Source: a virus. From it: DNA of 41,003 bases. The notes below the pieces were generated by a model. The model saw only the letters and a program-made list of their open reading frames with translations. It made no database searches and was not told the origin of the DNA. The position numbers were made by a program, and so were the translations under genes. Within the stretch, counting starts at the first letter, position 1, and the number at the start of each line of letters is the position of its first letter. The stretch lies in UHGV virus genome UHGV-0224761. One strand, 5' to 3'. This document shows positions 37,553 through 41,003 of this stretch, one piece after another.

Positions 37553-37747
37553 TTGGGAGGGATAATGACATTTTTACAGCTTATTTTATTGTATTTCTGC
37601 ACGGCAGTATGTGCGTTATATCTGGTGAGTGGTGGTTATAAGGCCATCAGAAATTATGTTCGCCGCAAAATTGAGGACGCAGCAGCTGAAAAACTCAGTA
37701 AAACAGCGCAGGTAACTCCGCTCCCAAAAGACCCGACCCAGCCCTGA
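37553..37747 (+). CDS. Small single-pass membrane protein (cargo)
   Basis: 64 aa; N-terminal hydrophobic helix FLQLILLYFCTAVCALYLV; strong RBS gggaggg. Confidence 0.5.
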   Translation: MGGIMTFLQLILLYFCTAVCALYLVSGGYKAIRNYVRRKIEDAAAEKLSKTAQVTPLPKDPTQP

Positions 37748-37782
37748 TTGCAGGGCTTTATTCCCGCATAAGGAGGATATAC

Positions 37783-38037
37783 ATGCCAGAAATTAAAGGC
37801 ACCGTCACTGAAGACCTGGTAAAACAGGCACTGTATTCCGGTGAAGTAAATAAGTTGCTGAAAGCGCAGGTCCGCAAGGATTTTGAGGCACAAATCGACA
37901 CTTACGTTGATGAAGTGCTGGCAAAACTTATTGGGCCAGCAGTTGCGGCCAGTGATGCTGATAATGAGCCGAAAACCGACGCGCAGCCAGAGCAACCAGA
38001 CCCGGCTCAGCCCGGAACTGACAGTACCATGATGTAA
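37783..38037 (+). CDS. Small acidic protein with a disordered Pro/Asp/Glu-rich tail (cargo)
   Basis: 84 aa; strong RBS aggagg. Confidence 0.5.
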   Translation: MPEIKGTVTEDLVKQALYSGEVNKLLKAQVRKDFEAQIDTYVDEVLAKLIGPAVAASDADNEPKTDAQPEQPDPAQPGTDSTMM

Positions 38038-38204
38038 CAATACAAACCGGTGGTGTCCTCTGCCGGTTTGACACTAATGAAAACATCTTTGCCGCTATCC
38101 AGCCATATGTAATCGCTGGATAGTATTTCGTATTCAGAAATATAGCTGCTTATGGAGCAGTCAATCCTGCTTCCCCATCCGGGCAGGCAAATGAACCGGT
38201 ATCA

Positions 38205-38498
38205 TTAGTCCGATTCACGCTTTTGTAGAATCGTTCCCAGAATGCTATACAGCTCATTAGCCTGTTGCTCCATCATTGAGACGGAGGCTATACGGTGCAA
38301 AGTGATTTCAGGAGGTGGCACACCTCCATCTTCTTGCTGTGGAGGAAAAACATAAGATTTAATAAAAAAGTTGAAGCATATGAACTCTCCCGCACTCGAA
38401 CTGTATTTGCAGGCATCTGAATAATCGGAAAAATAATCATTATAGATTTCCGCATTTTCAATCATTTTTCGATTTCTCGTCGTTACATGATTGTCCAT
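38205..38498 (-). CDS. Hypothetical protein in an AT-rich island (cargo, reverse orientation)
   Basis: 97-aa ORF on the minus strand; the surrounding 38040..38710 region is AT-rich compared with the rest of the prophage. Confidence 0.45.
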   Translation of the reverse strand: MDNHVTTRNRKMIENAEIYNDYFSDYSDACKYSSSAGEFICFNFFIKSYVFPPQQEDGGVPPPEITLHRIASVSMMEQQANELYSILGTILQKRESD

Positions 38499-38686
38499 AG
38501 CAGCCTCTTACGCTGGCAATTAACCAATTGACTTCTATAAATTAGTTGATTTGTTTGCTTTGCGGTATTCAAATGTACAATCATTCAGCACTTATGCGTT
38601 ACAGCACCGTTTAAAATTAGTGATCAAACTCATAAATTTTCGCTAATGACATTTCGTGTTATTTGTTGTATCAATTAAATAAATCA

Positions 38687-38711
38687 AATCGATCGTTTTT
38701 GTCGATCGATT
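38687..38711. promoter_or_regulatory. Perfect palindrome AATCGATCG-N7-CGATCGATT with two GATC sites upstream of com
   Basis: 9-bp inverted repeat with GATC at 38691..38694 and 38705..38708. Confidence 0.5.
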
Positions 38712-38754
38712 GAGTGATAAAGATATCAACAACAAAGCAGGAGGTTATGCGGCC

Positions 38755-38955
38755 ATGTATCGAAACATACGGTGCCGACATTGTAACAAGCTACTGGCAC
38801 GAGCCAGCTTCAGTTATCTGGAAGTTAAATGTCCGCGCTGTAAAACCCTCAATCAAATCACATCTCAGAGCGCCACAGAGCACCCCACATACACAAGGAA
38901 ATCCTGTCGTGGGGAACAGAAAGCAAGTTACATCCCGTATCATCAGCACGCCTGA
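38755..38955 (+). CDS. com: Com zinc-finger translational activator of mom
   Basis: ...[30 protein letters not shown]...EHPT parallels the Mu Com Cys4 zinc finger; the track ORF begins upstream at 38710 with a non-ATG start. Confidence 0.8.
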   Translation: MYRNIRCRHCNKLLARASFSYLEVKCPRCKTLNQITSQSATEHPTYTRKSCRGEQKASYIPYHQHA

Positions 38956-39646
38956 ACTTATTCACTATAACGACAATATCGTCGGTTATGGCTCCCGTGA
39001 GTTACGGGTTGAGACAATAAGTTGCTGGCTGGCCCGGCTGGTCGTCGTCAATAAACATTACAGCCATCGTTTCGTAAATAATTCCTACCTTCATCTGGGC
39101 ATATTTTCAGAACGGGAGCTGGTTGGCGTAATGCAATGGGGTTATGCCCTTAATCCAAACAATGGTGCACGCGTCGTAACTGGCACGCAGAACCGCGAAT
39201 ATATGGAGCTTAACCGGTTATGGCTGCATGACTGTATGCCGAGAAACTCCGAATCAAGGGCAATCAGTTACGCGCTCAAACTAATCAGACAACTTTATCC
39301 GCAGGTGCAGTGGGTTCAGTCGTTTGCAGATGAGCGTTGTGGCTGTCTTGGTGTCGTGTACCAGGCAAGCAATTTTGATTATGTAGGCAGTCATGAAACA
39401 ACATTCTATGAACTTGATGGCGAGTGGTATCACGAGATTTGCAAGAATGCAATCAAACGAGGAGGACAGCGAGGTGAACATCTGCGGGCTAATATCGACA
39501 GAGCCAGTGTTCATAAATTCCGTCAGTTTCGTTACATCCGGTTTCTGGACAAGAGAGCCAGAAAACGCCTTAACACAAAGCTATTCAAAGTCCAGCCTTA
39601 CCCAAAACCACAAACAGTTAAAACTGGTTTGAAAGAGAGTGAATGA
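38909..39646 (+). CDS. mom: Mom-like DNA modification protein
   Basis: Start overlaps the 3' end of com and it is the last gene before the right end, as in Mu; GTG start after RBS aagga lying inside a palindrome aggaaatcct. Start is approximate (the track ORF extends upstream to 38714). Confidence 0.55.
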   Translation: MGNRKQVTSRIISTPELIHYNDNIVGYGSRELRVETISCWLARLVVVNKHYSHRFVNNSYLHLGIFSERELVGVMQWGYALNPNNGARVVTGTQNREYMELNRLWLHDCMPRNSESRAISYALKLIRQLYPQVQWVQSFADERCGCLGVVYQASNFDYVGSHETTFYELDGEWYHEICKNAIKRGGQRGEHLRANIDRASVHKFRQFRYIRFLDKRARKRLNTKLFKVQPYPKPQTVKTGLKESE

Positions 39647-39689
39647 ACGCTTAAAAACTCATTCTAAAACTCAAAAGAAAAGCGCCGAT

Positions 39690-39773
39690 TTAGTATCAAA
39701 TAAGTTGCGTATCGGCGTTTTTCAGCGGTATCAAATGAAATGCAAATCGGTATCAAAAAAATCGCCGCGCTAT
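39690..39773 (+). repeat. Right end (attR) with three inverted transposase-binding repeats
   Basis: Reverse complements of TTTGATACCGA at 39748..39758, TTTGATACCGC at 39725..39735 and TTTGATACT at 39692..39700; the terminus ...CGCCGCGCTAT resembles the Mu right end. Confidence 0.6.
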
Positions 39774-39778
39774 ATAAT
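39774..39778. repeat. Right copy of the putative 5-bp target-site duplication (ATAAT)
   Basis: Pairs with GTAAT at 556..560. Confidence 0.55.
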
Positions 39779-40631
39779 ACGTCGTGTCACCACAAATCCA
39801 CGGCACATTTACAGCACTGCCACCATGACACTGCGCGTTAAACACAGTGAGGTCAGCACGAAACTGCTTCAGCATGGCTGTAAACAGCGCAGGTTGCTGT
39901 GCGTAGGTGGCGGCGCTCATGTCAAACTCTCCCTGCATCCAGCACACCGCCAGCAACACATTTTTCGGGTTCTTCTGTAATGCAGCTTTAGTGCGCGCAA
40001 TCAGGTCCTGATATAACGGTTTACCCACCCCCCAGCGCGCCGAATCCTGGCTGGCCCCCGCGTCCGCACTGAATGTCCCCTCCGCGCCCCGGGTGAATGC
40101 CGAACCACCACGACAGCATGGTACCAGCAGGATCCCCGCGTTATTCGGGATATACGGGAGCAGTTTTTTGGCAATATGTAAGCCCTGGCCGACACAGCCG
40201 TACTGCCCTTTGCTCAGGTCTGCCTTCGGATGATTCAGCGTACTCATATCCTGCACATCATGCAGACAGTGGTCAGCCGGGATGATGTCGTTATACGTAC
40301 AACTCTCTCCACCCGGAGTTACCGTGCTGCGGCGCGCCAGCTGTTTAATGCGCGGATCCGGAGCATCGTAAGAATCCGGTAACGGAAGCCCTTCACCGTA
40401 GGCCATGCCGTTGGACTGTCCGGCAAGCACAACCACGTAGAACCAGTCCGGCTCAGATGAAGGGCCGACCTGTGGATCTCCTTCAATAGCCACCGCCTGC
40501 ATCAGTGTGTACGGCGTAATGGCAACCGGTCCGCCATATGGCTGCCAGCCCTCTTTCAGTTTGTGTGTCAGCTTTTCCGCAAGGTCTGACGGCGACGCCG
40601 CCCTGACAACATCATAGTGTTTAAATGCCAT
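39779..40631 (-). pseudogene. 5' fragment of the host SGNH/sialate-O-acetylesterase-like gene cut by the prophage
   Basis: N-terminal about 285 aa ending ...VNVPWICGDTTYY; in the track ORF (39753..40631) the last six codons (IARRFF-stop) are read from prophage-end sequence; SGNH motif VVVLAGQSNGMAYGEG. Confidence 0.7.
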
Positions 40632-40825
40632 GAATCCTCCCGGCCGGGATAATATTGTGAGTAAAATGAGGAGCGGGCTGAAGTCCGGAAGTTACAGGAC
40701 AATGGCAGAAGAGAGACAATAGCCCGCAATACGAAAAAGGCCGCGCTATTGCGCAGAGTGATTACTGTCGGATATTATTCGCCAGCTGAAATATTACTTC
40801 ACGTTTTGTTGTTTATTCCTTGCCG

Positions 40826-40857
40826 CCCGCGTCTCCCTGCGCGGGATTTTTTTGTCC
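40826..40857 (+). terminator. Rho-independent terminator-like hairpin on the plus strand
   Basis: cccgcg-tctccctg-cgcggg followed by attttttt; no convincing plus-strand CDS upstream within the window. Confidence 0.45.
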
Positions 40858-41003
40858 ATAAGAAAGCCCCTCCGGAGAGGGGCTGGAGAGTGGCGCTATG
40901 TGCCATTGCATGGTGCCGGGTGCCTCCCGGTGAATTCAGTACCAGCACCTGAATCCGCGATTATCCCATATACCTACTCGCTGATTGCCCCTCCGCACAG
41001 GGG

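Larger units (their letters stand above)
561..39773 (+). mobile_element. Mu-like transposable prophage, complete, about 39.2 kb
   Basis: Mu gene order from c/ner/A/B through gin/com/mom; starts with TGTAACC; terminal TTTGATACCGA-type repeats at both ends in inverted orientation; flanked by a 5-bp near-duplication inside a split host gene. Confidence 0.85.

Noticed and set aside
38714-38908. N-terminal 65 codons of the 310-aa track ORF 38714..39646
   Set aside because: This stretch overlaps com in another frame; by analogy with Mu, mom initiates near the 3' end of com (GTG at 38909 with an RBS).
40749-40952. Plus-strand ORF 40749..40952 (67 aa)
   Set aside because: It spans the terminator hairpins and has no RBS; most likely a chance ORF in a regulatory region.
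1-41003. CRISPR arrays, rRNA genes, insertion sequences or integrase-type att sites
   Set aside because: No regularly spaced direct repeats, no rRNA-like sequence, and no tyrosine or serine integrase other than the Gin invertase; mobility is fully explained by the Mu-type transposase.

Overview
The window is dominated by one complete Mu-like transposable prophage, about 39.2 kb (approx. 561..39773), in Mu gene order: repressor c (minus strand), ner, transposase A, ATPase B, a block of small early genes including gam and gemA, a Mor/C-family activator, a SAR-endolysin lysis cassette with embedded spanins, terminase, portal, F, G, I, major head T, sheath L, tube M, tape measure, N-P-Q-V-W-R baseplate genes, tail fibre S-U inside a Gin-invertible segment, gin, and com-mom at the right end. 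The prophage sits inside a minus-strand gene for an SGNH (sialate-O-acetylesterase-like, NanS-like) protein: the 5' part lies at 39779..40631 and the 3' part at 1..555, and removing the prophage plus one copy of a 5-bp duplication (GTAAT/ATAAT) restores the reading frame ...GDTTYY|WKN.... The prophage itself carries a full-length paralogue of that esterase (35366..37420) as cargo between gin and com-mom, next to three small uncharacterised cargo genes. Other points worth a second look are an asymmetric invertible segment (Sv, U and Sv' but no U'), a reverse-oriented AT-rich moron in the early region, a tRNA-like hairpin between F and G, a Dam-site palindrome upstream of com, and a block of early genes of unknown function. 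All protein-family calls are from reading the translated ORFs against remembered family signatures; no database search was run, and coordinates of starts and ends are approximate to a few bases.
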